DNA from: the human T2T-CHM13v2.0 reference genome, Homo sapiens
Assembly: GCF_009914755.1 (NCBI RefSeq)
Contig: NC_060925.1
DNA length: 64,000 bases
Reading direction: 5' to 3' (one strand)
The position numbers were made by a program, and so were the translations under genes. The notes under the pieces were generated by a model, which saw only the letters and a program-made list of their open reading frames with translations, had not been told where the DNA came from and did no database searches. Within the stretch, counting starts at the first letter, position 1; every line of letters begins with the position of its first letter. Below are positions 13,942 through 32,367 of the stretch, one piece after another.

Positions 13942-15057
13942 TAAGCTGGGGGTGCAGAAGCATCCTTCGGGCCCAGATCCAGAAAAGTTCCCCTGCCCCA
14001 TCTTCCTTCCTCTGAGGAGCTCACCAACTACTGGATAATTCAGGTGAGACAGAGGTGAAGTGGTGTTGCTCTTGTTACCATATCCAATTCAAAACAGCCT
14101 CAGCTAGCAGCAGACTGCTTGTATTTATCAGGAAATGCTGGTCCCCTTGCTTTACCACCTGGTTATTCAAACATCTAGAGCAACAATTTCCATACACTCC
14201 ATTAGGAATCCTCCTCAATTCAAATAAGCTGCTGCTAGAGATCCTTTTTCCGTGAGCTGGAGGTTTGGTTGAAGATTATCAAGTCTTCCAGGAAAGAAAG
14301 GGCAAGTGATGATGGGTTCATACGAATGTCCCAAACTTGCTCCCATTCTATAGTTAAATGCTAGGTGAAGGCTAAGTCTACAACAGGCTAAATAATTAAT
14401 CTTCAAATTAAGGTTTCTATGGCTCTCTTTGGTCTGCAGAGTGCATGATGATCTAGGAACTGTCAAAGTGAATTGTTCATGCCTGGTGGACACCTCAGCA
14501 CCAGTCTTGGATTCCCTAAATCTAATTAGCCTGTGGAATATCCAAATAACTCAAGCAGAAATTTATTGACTTAACAAACACTTTTGTGAGTAGCTTTTGC
14601 AGGCCACAGATTGTGCTAGCCTTTGATCATGGGAATTCCTGAATCATTTCTCATCTGGGTCTTCCTAAGAAGACGTGGCTCTAAGAAGCTCTTAACCTCT
14701 TAAATCATCCTAGGTCTCCCTAGAAACTCAAATTCTTCAGCTACGACTCCCCCCACCTGGGTAAGACTCTCCCTCGGAAAGCCACAAAGAGAAGGAGGAG
14801 GACCTGGAATCCCTTTTTCCCTTGAGCCAACTCCCCACACTGAGCTCCTGAGAGCCCCTGAAGAAGCCTCTCTTGGCTGTGACTGCATCCTGGGTTCTGC
14901 TTCCTTTGGGAGGATCTGGTTTAATGACCTGCCTCTGGGACTTCACAAAGGGGCAGTCACTGCTTCACAGTATTATGGAGGCCGCATGTTCTTTCCCTCT
15001 GCTGATGTTGTTTCAGGTGTTTCTAGGAGGGCATTACCTTCATTCAACATTCCCGAT

Positions 15058-15900
<843 letters not shown>

Positions 15901-16265
15901 TAATGAGAGAAAAGAATTCAGCAAAGGATCAATGTTGTGTGGCTCAGATGACATACAATTGCTATGTTTTTAATGTTAACATTTTCTCATGTGGATCCTT
16001 GCAGGGTGTCAAGCAGAAGCAAGCAGAACTCCATTTTATTGGCTACAGTATATTCTCCTTAAAACTAAAGCCCATCAAAATGAAACAATAATGACAGAAA
16101 GCAGATCAGCAGTTGCCTGGAGCTGAGGGTGGAGAGGATGGTTGACAGCAAAGAGACATGAGAGAACTTTTTGGGATGACAGAAACATTCTATATCTTGA
16201 ATATGATGGTGGTCACATAGGCATATACATTTGTCAAAACTCACTGTTCACTTAAAACAGTGCTC

Positions 16266-16997
<732 letters not shown>

Positions 16998-17543
16998 TAA
17001 AACAGTGCTCTGAGCCTGACCCTACCAGTCCAATTTATTGTATGTAAATTCTACCTCAATGGAATTGTTTCAAAAAAAGTAAAACCTACCTAGTATGAAT
17101 TTTCAGAAAGGCTAAAAATGTGAAGTGGAGTTAAATAAAGCTGGTGTTAGGGGTATACTATATTTACAAACAATAGCAAATTCCTTTGGGGAGGGAAAGG
17201 AAGCAAAAAGCCAAAGGGGATGTTTTGTTAGTACCAAAGCAGGATGCGAGTTAATGTGACCATGTCCCCCTGCTGCAATTGTACTTACAAAACGTTTGCT
17301 ATCATTTTCAGAATGCTGAGTAGCTGATTTTTGGTATTCTTGGTATTTTATAGATTATTAAAGAGTGGCTACATCCTGCTTCCTTGGGTGCGGGAAGAGC
17401 TGGGGTCACCTCAAAGCAGACACAAACAAAAAATGTGGGGGTCACTTGTGTTAGACCATTTGGGATTAAACTAGAGCCAACATTGGAGAAAACTAATTGG
17501 TGACCTTTACAGATGTCTCCAGGGATTTCCTAGCTTCAGGAGT

Positions 17544-17639
17544 CAAGGTCCTGCAAAGCAGGTAATCCCAGTCAAGTATGTACATTATGTGCAAGATCCT
17601 GCAAAGCAGGTAATCCCAGTTAAGTATGTATGTTATGTG
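17544..17639. repeat. 48-bp tandem duplication
   Basis: CAAGGTCCTGCAAAGCAGGTAATCCCAGTCAAGTATGTACATTATGTG twice, 4 mismatches. Confidence 0.95.
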
Positions 17640-17656
17640 GGGTCTGAACAGTGTCA

Positions 17657-17982
<326 letters not shown>

Positions 17983-19911
17983 AGAAGTGTCAAGGGAGTG
18001 AGGTGCATAGAAGGGGGTGTGCAGGTCTATCTGTAAAGTGTATCCCATCTGGACTCATGGAGACCGTGCCAGGGATTACCGAGCTCTGAAATTCAGTTCT
18101 GGGGAAAGAAACTGTCTTGGGAAGGCAGGAGAGATAGTAATATTTAGGTTTTCTTGAGGAGTACAGAAGCTGTCCAATAATGCCCATGTTGGGAAAGCAA
18201 TATACTTGCCCAAGAAATGAGAAGGGACAGGGATCTTCCCACGGGAGAGAAGAGTGGCTGTGGGGACAAGAGGGCATCACTCAGGGAGCCCGTGGTTGAG
18301 AAGGACAGCCCTTGGTCTCCTGTGTTCACTACATACACCAAGTTGTTGGACCCACATCAGCAATGAATTCAACTTATTGCAGCCATATCAGCAACGCACA
18401 ATTAACACAGGTCACTGGTTTTGTATTACATTGTAATCTTAGTTTCCATCAGAATTCTACTTGAGCTCTCAATTGATAGAGTCATGCTCAGAGCAAACCC
18501 TCTGTAGAGCTACATTTTCCAGTGTAATAGATAAAACACACACACCATCAAGGAAGGAAGGACGGGTCCTCGCTATGACAGCTTTCCAGCTTTGCTCTGC
18601 TCGACAAAGGGCTCCCTGTGAATGGTCTGTTTCTCCCTAATGTAATTTCCTCATCAATGAATGTCCTTACCCCTCTCCCCCATAAAAACATAATTATGGA
18701 CACACATTTCTTGGGAAATTGTTCTGCTGAAGGGATGTTGAAAACAATCCGATTGAATACTAACATATTGATTACCACTAGATTATAAATTATTGACAAG
18801 GTCTTAACTTTTCCCTTTCTAAAGACTTTTGGGTTAGGATATTTTAGCCTTAAGCCATTTCAGGCAATGGTAATCAGAAAACTCCTCCTCAACAATATCA
18901 TGGAAGGAAAAGTCCTCACAGGATTAGCATTCTTCAAAGGAAGCTCTGTGTGAGACGAGGCAATCTTACTTGCCCCTTGTAAGATCCAAGAAAACTCATA
19001 AACAGCATCCCCCGGAGGGCGTGGGAGCACTTCAGAGGCATGGATTTGATTTTATAGTAGCTGCAACCCCTATGGCCTCCTGAACACATTCATCACCAAT
19101 GTGTTTCTCCTTCTTTTATGCTTCTTAATTCTCAAAATCCTCAAAATAACATTCAATGTTCTGGTCAATGTTCTTGGTTCAGTGTCTCAAGAGCATCCTC
19201 AAAAGTAAAGGCCCAGGATAAAAATCTCATCTGCAGAGATTTTCACACGATACTTCTGGTTTCCAAAGTGCGTATGAACTGTGAAGTGACTCAGAAATAC
19301 CAACGGCTAATCCTGATAGAGTCCAGAGGGAAAGGATGACTTCATCTGAAGCTGACCCAAGGAGGAAGGCACATCTGTCATCTCCTTGACAGTGTTCCAG
19401 GCTGAGCACGAGCTCCTGGAAGCGGCTGTGTGTCAAGGCTCTGCTCACATCTGGCTCCTCATCTGTGAGCCTTCTTGGCCCAGACTCAGGGGACAGGAAG
19501 GGAGGGGAGGGAGAGGAAAGCCAGGAGGACTTCAGGCACCTCTCCCCAAACTGAAATAGCAACTGGCTATCCCTGGGGGAAAGTGGCTCTGAGAGAGTGC
19601 TCCTAGCACCTCCCTCACCTGCATCTGAGGAAACTATGCCAGTCATCCCTCACCTCTCCTAGATGGGCCCTTCTGAAGCCCACCTGGAAACCCCATAGTC
19701 ACTTATTCTCTGGACATGGTCCCCCTCCACGGCCACTCTAGGACTAAAGAGCACCAGCTGTTCTGTGGTTGCTGGGATGCTCTGCAGCTGTAATTACAAA
19801 CTAATGTGCACTTTGGCTTCCATTTCCTGATCTTGCTGAATGATTCTGGCTGTCTGGAAAAGCAAAATGCTTCACCTTCCAGCACTAACACTGACAACCT
19901 TGCCATAAGGT

Positions 19912-20300
19912 ATGTATCAGTCAGAGTTCTTAGTGGCAAATGAAAGAATCCACAGTACAAGATTAAGTAGCAAACAGATTCATAGAAGGATACTGTGTGG
20001 CTCACAGGATTTCCAGAAAGGCCAGCAAATCAGGCCTGAAGGCTCTACAGCCTGGAACAATACCCAGATCATCCTCCCACCACTGCTGAGTGCAGGTGCA
20101 CACTTTAGATACTGAGATGGGACACCACAGCCAGGACCTCTGCCCCTGCTGCCCCTGAGATCTCAGTGACTGCTCCACAGAGCCCCTGGGAGAGGAATCC
20201 TCCAGGGGCCTTCTCACTAAGGTGCATATGATGGTGGGGAGGCCCAGGTCAAGTGTTTGTGTCCTAGCTGCAAGAGATACTGGGAAACGCAGCATGGCCT
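19912..20300 (-). mobile_element. Ancient MaLR/ERVL LTR remnant (MLT1J/K-like)
   Basis: TGTATCAGTCAGAGTTCTTAGTGGCAA...CCTAGCTGCAAGAGATACTGGGAAA. Confidence 0.5.
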
Positions 20301-20510
20301 GGAAGTGCCTAAAAATAGGAAAGGAATTTATTCAAAAGATATTAAGCATACGCAAATATGACACATGCTTATTCTACATGGCTCCCTCATTTTAGTTACT
20401 GTGGCCAAAAAATAGGCATATATATATTATATATAATATACAATATAATAGGGATATATATATTTAATCTGCTACTTGTCTTTTAAAAAGGTGAGATGGT
20501 GCAGCTGGAG

Positions 20511-20980
20511 TGTACTGGCTTCCTACTGCTGATGTAACAACTTATCACAAACTCAGTAGCTTAAAACAGCACAAATTTATTCTCTTGTAGTTCTGGAGGT
20601 CAGAATTTTAAAATCAGTTTTGCTAGGCCAAATCCAAGGTGTGGGCAAGCTGGCATTCCTTCTGGAGGTTCTAGGAGAATGTTTCCTTGTCTTTTCATCT
20701 CCTTGGGGCCTTCTGCATTCCTTGGCTCCTGGCCCCTTCCTTGCATGGCCCCTCTTGTTTCAGTCATCACATCTCCTATTACTCTCTCAGATCCTCCTGC
20801 CTCCCTCTTATAAGGACCCTTGAGATTACATTGGCCCCACCCAGATAATTCAGGATGAGCCCCCTCACCTCAAGGTCTTTGACTCAATCACACCTGCACA
20901 GTCCCCTATATGGTAACATGGTCACAGGTTCCAGAGATTCAGGGTGTGGACATATTCGGGGTCATTATTCAGCCTGCCCT
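20511..20980 (-). mobile_element. MLT1C/D LTR
   Basis: CTTAAAACAGCACAAATTTATTCTCTTGTAGTTCTGGAGGTCAGAA...GATTACATTGGCCCCACCCAGATAAT. Confidence 0.85.
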
Positions 20981-21439
20981 GGTGTGTCTCTAAGGAAGGC
21001 CAGCTGGCTGTCTACACAAAGGCCCTGAGACCAGAGTTCCTCTGGTGAGTTTACCAGAGTCTGGGCTTCATCCTTGCCAGTATCTCAGACTTGGAGATGT
21101 TAGCTTGGAACCACTAGATACCGGCGACATTGTCGGATAAACTGGAATTCCAATGAATTCATTTATTCCTTTTTATCAGGCACTATTCCTTTCCAGAAGG
21201 GTCTGCCTGGTGTTTGAACACCTGTGTGGCCAAATGAACAATCAGAATGCTGTTCGGTGAACATGAACATGAACATGAACTTGGCGGTGGGTGTTGCCAA
21301 GGGGTGTTTCACCCAGGTAGCAGGGAAGACAGTGAGCCATCCTGACTGACAACAGAACTCACCTTTCTACAGGCCAGATTCTGCATTTTTCCCTAAGCAG
21401 AGCTGGATACAACTCCCAAACTCTAGCTTTTTCCCTCTT

Positions 21440-22610
<1,171 letters not shown>

Positions 22611-22842
22611 CCAGCAAGGTCACCTGAGTCTGGCAGATGCAAGGAAAGAATGTCACAGTTTTGAGAGTAGTCAACCATGGAGGCTCGGAAAAGGGAAGCA
22701 TGGAGGCAAACTGGCAGAGTCCATCCAGGCATTAGCAGTCGGTTGAGCTCAACATCATGAACGCTGATTTGTGCCATAGAGCATCTACTATGTGCTAGGT
22801 GCTGGTAGCTAACCAATGAATAGAACCTCTTAAAGTGTAATA

Positions 22843-23189
22843 TGGCACGGGTACGACTAGCTGGGGCCATGGTCGCAGGTGGTAAAGGAATTTACCAAGA
22901 CAGTTGTAGGTAAAGAAAGGCGGATTATAAGAGGAAGTATGAAAATACCTTGCAACGTTGCAATGGGCAGCACAGCAGAGAAGCGTCTGTCTGCCAAGAG
23001 GTGGGGGCCTGGAGGGAAATTTTACAGGGCCGTGCTGGAGGGGGCTATGTGCTGAATGAGGACATTGTGCCCCCAGAACAGGCCATTGTTTGTGATTCTG
23101 ATTTGTGTTTCTCAGAATGATTGTTCATTGTTCTTCCCCACCTGGGGCCCCTTCCTCTTGTTGCTTACTTATCTAATCAGGACTTCACC
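22843..23189 (-). mobile_element. ERV1-class solo LTR (MER83/MER61-like)
   Basis: GGTAAAGGAATTTACCAAGACAGTTGTAGGTAAAGAAAGG...TTGCTTACTTATCTAATCAGGACT. Confidence 0.7.
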
Positions 23190-24072
23190 TAAGGAATTGT
23201 GTAGTCAGTCTAGGGGAGAGACAATGCTGTCAGCCTACTAAAAACCAACTCTTCCAGCAGGTGTATGTGCACCTATTGTTAAAGGTGATGGCAATAATAT
23301 GTAACTGATATTACAACAGTTGGTCTGATGTGGCAAAGACACTGACAAATTTGAACAGATGCCAGTCATTAATAACTGGTGTAGCCATGGGGAAGATTCC
23401 AGCTGAGTATTGGCTGACTGAATGCAGGCAGAGAGCCGTGCCATTTCCACTGGAATCTACCTCTTGCCATACTTGTTCTGACCCATGACCACCAAGGAAA
23501 GCCCCCGGCGCCCTGCCCCTGCCTGTTTGGTTGGTCATGCGGACACAAATATCTGATCTTATTTCTCATTTTAAGTGATGGCTTTATGCATCATTCTCTT
23601 GTGAGCTTCTTGAGTCCCCGCACCACAGAGCCATGGACAAAATAGAGTTTCTCGGCATGCAAGACCAAGGTCTGAAACCTGGGCCCTGGTACCTACCTTC
23701 TTTAGGGCCAGGCCAACTTGTGAGCCCCCTTCCTACAACCCCAGACCTCTCTGTGCTGACAGACAGCTCTCTTTGATGGCTGCCATTGGCACTGGGGAGT
23801 TGATACTTGAATGGGGGCGGGTGGGGTGGCCTCTCAGACTGTAGGCTCGGGAGTAGCCCTTCCAAGAGGCTGACCCTGATAGTTGAGTCAAACTGGTGAC
23901 AGAATTGATGTGAGAGCTTGACAGCAGACCTAGGGCAGATAGCTAGGGGCTGCTAACCAGAGACTTAGTAATTAGCATGCAAATTGAGCAAGAAGGTGAT
24001 CAAAGCTGGGAAGTGGAGGAAATTAGATGTCTGCTTCTGCCGGCATTCTCATACACGCTGAAGAGGCAGTAG

Positions 24073-24489
<417 letters not shown>

Positions 24490-24554
24490 TCCAAAGTGGA
24501 TTTTTGCTCAATATGTTCTATTCCCAGCTGTCTCAGACATGGGTGGGGTAATGA

Positions 24555-25007
<453 letters not shown>

Positions 25008-25208
25008 TGAGTCTGGAGTTGGAGTTGAGTGAGACCCTGATACTAGGGAAAGAGACGGAAAGCCAGACTCTTACTTAAGGGCTTCTATCGCAGGAGGGAA
25101 GATTTCTTCCAAGAGCTCAGTGCAATAAATGAAAGAAATTTAGAAGGCTGCCAGGCTCAGGGCAGCCCCGGAGCATCAGAAGTAGGAGGCTGAGGGTCGG
25201 GAATGGGG

Positions 25209-25250
25209 AGCAGGGGTTAGAACTGAGGAAGCAGGGGTTAGAACTGAGGG
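25209..25250. repeat. 21-bp tandem duplication
   Basis: AGCAGGGGTTAGAACTGAGG(A/G) twice. Confidence 0.9.
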
Positions 25251-26118
25251 GTTGCTGAAGACACCACCACGTTTCAGAACTCAGGATAGGGCCTGCCTGG
25301 GGACTCGCACAGAGGAGAAGGAACCGGTAGTCTAAAATACTAAAACGTGTGGAATTCCTGCATGGAGGCTTCCTACTGGGAGTGTAAAATTTCTGTGAGA
25401 ACTGTAAGAAGTAAGCAAACAGCATCAGAGGACATGAGCCCCGTGGAAAGTGCCTCAAAGTGTGGTTTGAGGATTACCCGCCTGAGACTCCAAAGAGGTG
25501 TTTGCCAAAAAAGGCAGATTCTTGGGCCACACCCGGCTCTATGGAGTGGGAAGCGCTGAGGGTGGGGCCTGGGCGCCTGCTCTCAGAACTGGTGCCGCTG
25601 AAAGCTTGCAGAGCCCAAACGCTGCGAGGAGGTCGCACCAGCAAGTGAGGAAGCAGAAGGGATGGCTTCCTGCGCCTCCCACACAATTTTCAACTTTTCA
25701 GGAAGTACCATAGGAGAAGTCAAGGTAGATGAATACGTTTTTCTTTGGTCCCTAGCATTTTTCTTTTAAAATTTTATTTTCCTTTTGAAAAAGAATGTGA
25801 GAACAAAGTCTGAGAACGAATGTGAGAACGAATCTCGAAACGTGAGAAAAAGGCCTTCTTCCCCCCCTCCACCTCCCCTGCGTGGTCCTTGGGTGCTCTG
25901 TGAACGGTGACCCCACCCTCACAGGGACCCTGACTCCTGAGGGGTCACCACTCATATCCTGTGAGAGACTACGCTATTCCCTGATTCAGCGGGGTCTCCA
26001 GGTCTGAACGCCCAAGGCCAACACAGAGGCCTAAAAATAGAGCCCGGGAGGCCCAGTCAAACCGGAAGAGAGCCAGAGGCCTCCCTGGAGTCCCGAAGAC
26101 GATCTGAACCAAGGAGCC

Positions 26119-26137
26119 CAGCGCCCTCTAGCGGGAG
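26119..26137 (-). promoter_or_regulatory. CTCF-binding motif
   Basis: Minus strand CTCCCGCTAGAGGGCGCTG matches the CTCF core CCRCYAGRKGGCRC with CpGs retained; lies in unique GC-rich sequence. Confidence 0.7.
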
Positions 26138-26369
26138 ACAAGCTGCTTCGCGGCCCTGGTCTCCGGTCAGAGGCACTGGGCTGGGGCTGAGCACTCCGAG
26201 GCGGAAACCAAAGGGTGTGCCCCTGGGGACACCGCCTCAAGACCCCTGACTGAGGCTCCAAAAGGAAAAATTGTGCCACTTGTGTTTTACGAACTTCAAC
26301 GTAATTGTAGGATACATTGCTGTAATGTATAATGTTGTAATAATGATTACCTTCTATAACCACAGATTT

Positions 26370-27074
<705 letters not shown>

Positions 27075-27640
27075 TAACATATAACCTGGAAGGGTACCCA
27101 AGCACCTCCGACAGCTGCACCAAGATTCCATCTGGGAAAGCTGTTCTCTGGGGGAACATACAACTTTGGGATGGGTGCTCAGGAGCCTTAATAGCAGAAA
27201 AGGACCCCTTGCAAGTCAGAAAATTTGGCTGAATCATTCCAGGCACTCTCTGAGGGGGCAGATGTCTCTGCTGGCTAATTGTTCCCCCACCTGAAGACAT
27301 CAACTCAGTTTTCCCTAAGTCAGAGAGAAAACATACTCCTACTGTACATATTTCGAGAAAGGAAATATACAGCTGAACACTGAAGTGCCCAGTTAGGCTT
27401 TGAAGAAAAGGATTGTGGCCGAAAGACACCAGGCTTTTAATAAAAGCTAAAAAGCAAAAGTGTATACCACCTCACACCCATGCGGATGGTGACTATTAAA
27501 AAACTAAAGAAAGAAAGAAAATAAGTGTTGGTGAGGATGGAGAAATTGGAACTCTTGTCCTCTGTTAATGGAAACGTAGAATGGTACAGCTGCTGTGGAA
27601 AGCAGTATGTCAGTTCCTCAAAAAATTAAAAATGGAATGA

Positions 27641-27969
<329 letters not shown>

Positions 27970-28172
27970 CAATTCCACTTCTGAGTGTGTAACTACAAAA
28001 ATTGAAAGCACAGTCTCAAAGAGATAGCTGCACACCTTTGTTCATAGCAGCATCATTCCGAATAGCCAAAAGGTGGGGGCAACACAAATGTCCCTCAACA
28101 GAACAACAGATCACCAAAATGTGGTGTATACCCACAAAGGAATATGATTTGCCCTTTAAAAGGATGGAAATT

Positions 28173-28745
28173 GAGCCGGGCATGGTGGCTCATGCCTGTA
28201 ATCCCAGCACTTTGGGAGGCTGAGGTGGGTGGATCCCTGAGGTCAGGAGTTCGAGACCAGCCTGGCCAACATAGTGAAACCTTGTCTCTACTAAAAATAC
28301 AAAAATTTAGCTGGGCATGGTGGCGGCGCCTGTAATCCCAGCTACTCAGGAGGCTGAGGCAGGAGAATCGCTTGAATCTGGGAGGCGGAGGTTACGGTGA
28401 GCCGAGATCATGCCATTGCACTCCAGCCTGGGCGACAAGAGCAAAACTCTGTCTCAAAAAAAAAAAAAAGATGGAAATTCTGCTGGCACGGTGACTCACA
28501 TCTGTAATCCCAACACTTTGGGAGGCCAAGGTGAATGGATCATGAGGTCAGGAGTTCAAGACCAGCCTGCCTAACATGGTGAAAGCCCGTCTCTACTCAA
28601 AATACAAAAATTAGCCGGGCATGGTGACATGAGGCAGGATAATCGCTTGAATCTGGGAGGTGGAGGCTGTGGTGAGCCAAGATTGTGTCACTGTACTCCA
28701 GTCTGGGCAACAGAGCAAGACTCTGTCTCAAAAAGAAAAAAAAAA
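28173..28745 (+). mobile_element. Two AluS elements separated and flanked by the same target sequence
   Basis: AAAAG(G)ATGGAAATT occurs at 28158, ~28466 and 28743. Confidence 0.93.
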
Positions 28746-29199
28746 AGGATGGAAATTCTGACAAATCCTACAACACAGATGAACCTTGAGAACACATTAC
28801 ACTAAGTAATTTAGGTCAGACACAAAAAGATAAATACTGTGTGAGCCCACTTATATGACATACCTAGTCATGAAAATCATAGAGACAGACAGCAGAATGA
28901 TGGCTGCCAGGGGCTGGGGGGAAGAGAATGGGAGTTATTGTTCAATGGGGATGGAGTTTCAGTTATGCAAGATGAAAGGTTCTGGAGAACTTTGAGTGAT
29001 AATGATGTGTCAGTGTAGGTTCACTGATCATAACGAGTGCAGCACTCTGGTGGAAGATGTCAAGCAGGGGATCTGTGCACCTGTGGGGATAGTGGGCACA
29101 TGGGAACTCTGTACTCTGCTCTCAATTTTTCTGTGAACCTAAAACTGTTCCTTTAAAAGTTGTGACACTAAACTGCTCTTTAAAAAGTTTAATAATTTG

Positions 29200-29493
<294 letters not shown>

Positions 29494-30050
29494 ATGTTTA
29501 ATAATTTTCTTTAAAAAGTTCTAGAGATGGATGGTGGTGATGGCTGCACAATAATGTAAATTTCCTTAATACTATTAAAACTGTACACTTAAAATGGTTA
29601 TGATAGTAAATTTTATGTGTATTTTATCACAATTAAAATTTTAAAATAAATAAAGTAAAAAACAAAAGGCGGAGGGACAGATAGGCTAGAAAGGGACTGT
29701 AATTTAATAACCAGAGAGTACTGCGCATTTAGAAATGTCATCAATAGGAGTTATAGTCATTTGGGGATATATATTTTTAAGTATTTTATATTAACATGAA
29801 ATCATTTGGAATTTCAAAAACAATTTTAAATAAAAGTACACAAGAAAGAATGCTTATCAGACAAAGTCAGGGAGGATGGCACAGGCAGAAAGAGGAAAGC
29901 AAAGGCAAATAAACATTTTAGGACCTTTGTTCTGAAGGGATTATTACTGGGGGCCTAGAGGAGAAAGTTGGGACAGAAGGAAGATGGTTCAAAGAAGGAG
30001 GGAACTCAGCCCTCCCCTAGGATCCAGGTGAATCACTGTTCCTGTTCTGA

Positions 30051-30374
<324 letters not shown>

Positions 30375-31381
30375 AAAGTGTTGTTGTTTTTTTTTTTAGG
30401 CTTGGAAATTGTGGTGAAAGAAGCTACGAATGAGATAAATGTGTGTTCTTTCCACCCCTAAAAACAGTGTCACCACCACTCATCCTTGAAACCATCAGGT
30501 ACAGGCAGGAGAGGACAACAAATTTGGAAAAAAAGAATGTGGAAATGGAGACACAGGCTTGACATCGTTTGTTTTTCACTTTCCAGCAGCAGGGAAACCT
30601 GTGAGCGACGTTCACGTCTAGTGTCCAGTGCCTTGCGTGGTCCCAATCACAAACCCCTAGCTCAGGGGCAGCGGGGCCATGAACTAGGGAGGCCGCCGTA
30701 ATGACAGCCTGGCAGGAACCCTATGTCCAAACCAGAGGAGCCCCCTCAGAGCAACCTCCACAGGCAGTGCTGCTGTCAAGGAAATGCCAGAGCCGGGTGG
30801 TAGTTAACATGGTAAGAGGAGACTTCATTCAGGACCATTGCAGTAGGGGAAACAGGTCCTCAGTATAGAAGTGGGCTCAATTCAGAATACAGCATAAGCA
30901 ACTGGGACTCTACAGGCAAAGAGCAAGGTGAGGCTGGGTGGGTGGAAAATTACATCAGGGGTAAGGGGTCCTAGTTCAACCAACTCTGAGAATATAGAAA
31001 TAAACTCAGTTTCTCCCATTATAGCCTCATAACACACTTCTGACACCAGCTGTGGGGAGGATTTTCCCCACACCTCGAGCGAACAATCAATTCTGCAGTG
31101 GACCTCCACTTGGTCCTCCAACTGGGTATTCTCCAATTCAATTCTGACATTATCCACCTGAGTGTCAGATCCTGCAGGGTGAGGGATCAGTCTCCATGAC
31201 TGCCCCCCGACTTTCAAAGCCAATTGGAAGCCCCAAGTTCTTTAACCTGTCCTTCAATGAACAGCTCTAAATTAAGCTATAAACTGAGGTTCCCATGGCT
31301 CCATCTTCAGGTTCCACTAATTTGCTGGAGCAGCTCACAGAACTCAGGGAAACATTATATTTACATTTATGGGTTTATGAC

Positions 31382-31823
31382 TGTCAGGTCTCTGAGCCCA
31401 AGCTAAGCCATCATAACCCCTGTGACCTGCACGTATACATCCAGATGGCCTGAAACAACTAAAGAACCACAAAAGAAGTGAAATAGCCAGTTCCTGCCTT
31501 AACTGATGACATTCCACCATTATGATTTGTTCCTGTCCCACTCTAACTGATCAATTGACCTTGTGACATTCCTTCTCCTGGACAGTGAGTCTCAGGGGCT
31601 CCCCACCAAGCACCTTGTGACCCCTGCCCCTGCCTGCAAGAGAAAATCCCCTTTAACTGCAATTTTCCACTACCTACCCAAATCCTATAAACCTGCCCCA
31701 CCCCTATCTCCCTTTGCTGACTCTCTTTTTGGACTCAGCCCACTTGCACCCAAGTGAAAATAAACAGCCTTGTTGCTCACACAAAGCCTGCTTAGTGGTC
31801 TCTTCACACAGACAAGTGTAACA
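31382..31823 (+). promoter_or_regulatory. HERV-H 5' LTR (LTR7C-like)
   Basis: TGTCAGGTCTCTGAGCCCAAGCTAAGCC...CCTATAAA (TATA)...AATAAA...TGTAACA. Confidence 0.95.
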
Positions 31824-31825
31824 TT

Positions 31826-31843
31826 TGGTGCCGAAACCTGGGA
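31826..31843 (+). other. PBS complementary to tRNA-Phe
   Basis: TGGTGCCGAAACCTGGGA; 17/18 match to the reverse complement of the tRNA-Phe 3' end (TGGTGCCGAAACCCGGGA). Confidence 0.92.
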
Positions 31844-32367
31844 CGGGGGACTCCTTTGGGAGACCGGCCCCCTATCCTCACCCTCACTCCGTGAGGAGAT
31901 CCACATATGACCTTGGGTCCTCAGACCAGCCCAAGGAATATCTTGCCAATTTCAAATCAGCTAAGTGGTCTCTTCACTCTCTTCTCCAGCCTCTCTTGCT
32001 ACCCTTCAATCTCCCTATCCTTCCAATTCCAGTTCTTTTTCCTCTGTAGTAGAGACAAAGGAGACACATTTTATCTGTGAACTCAAAAACTCCAACGTCA
32101 GTCACGGATTTGGGAAGACAGTCTTCCCTTGGTGTCTGATCTCCATGGGGACGCCTGCCTTGATCATTCACCCACATTCCATTGGTGTCTGATCTCCGTG
32201 GGGACGCCTGCCTTGATCATTCACCCACACTCACTTGGTGGCAGGTCAATTATGGGGACGCCTGCTTTGGCTGCTCACCCACATTACAGCCCAGGGCTGC
32301 TCATCCCCCACCTCCCCCACCACTTCTCCATGTCTCTACCTTCCTCTTTAAACTTACCTCCTTCACT

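Noticed and set aside
21258-21280. (TGAACA)n short repeat
   Set aside because: Trivial slippage repeat
31382-31823. LTR as an active pluripotent-stem-cell LTR7 promoter
   Set aside because: Appears to be an older, diverged LTR7C-like type; activity cannot be inferred from sequence alone
32128-32285. Three ~53-bp repeats resembling a CRISPR-like or regulatory array
   Set aside because: Ordinary tandem repeats of the HERV-H leader; no unique spacers; eukaryotic context
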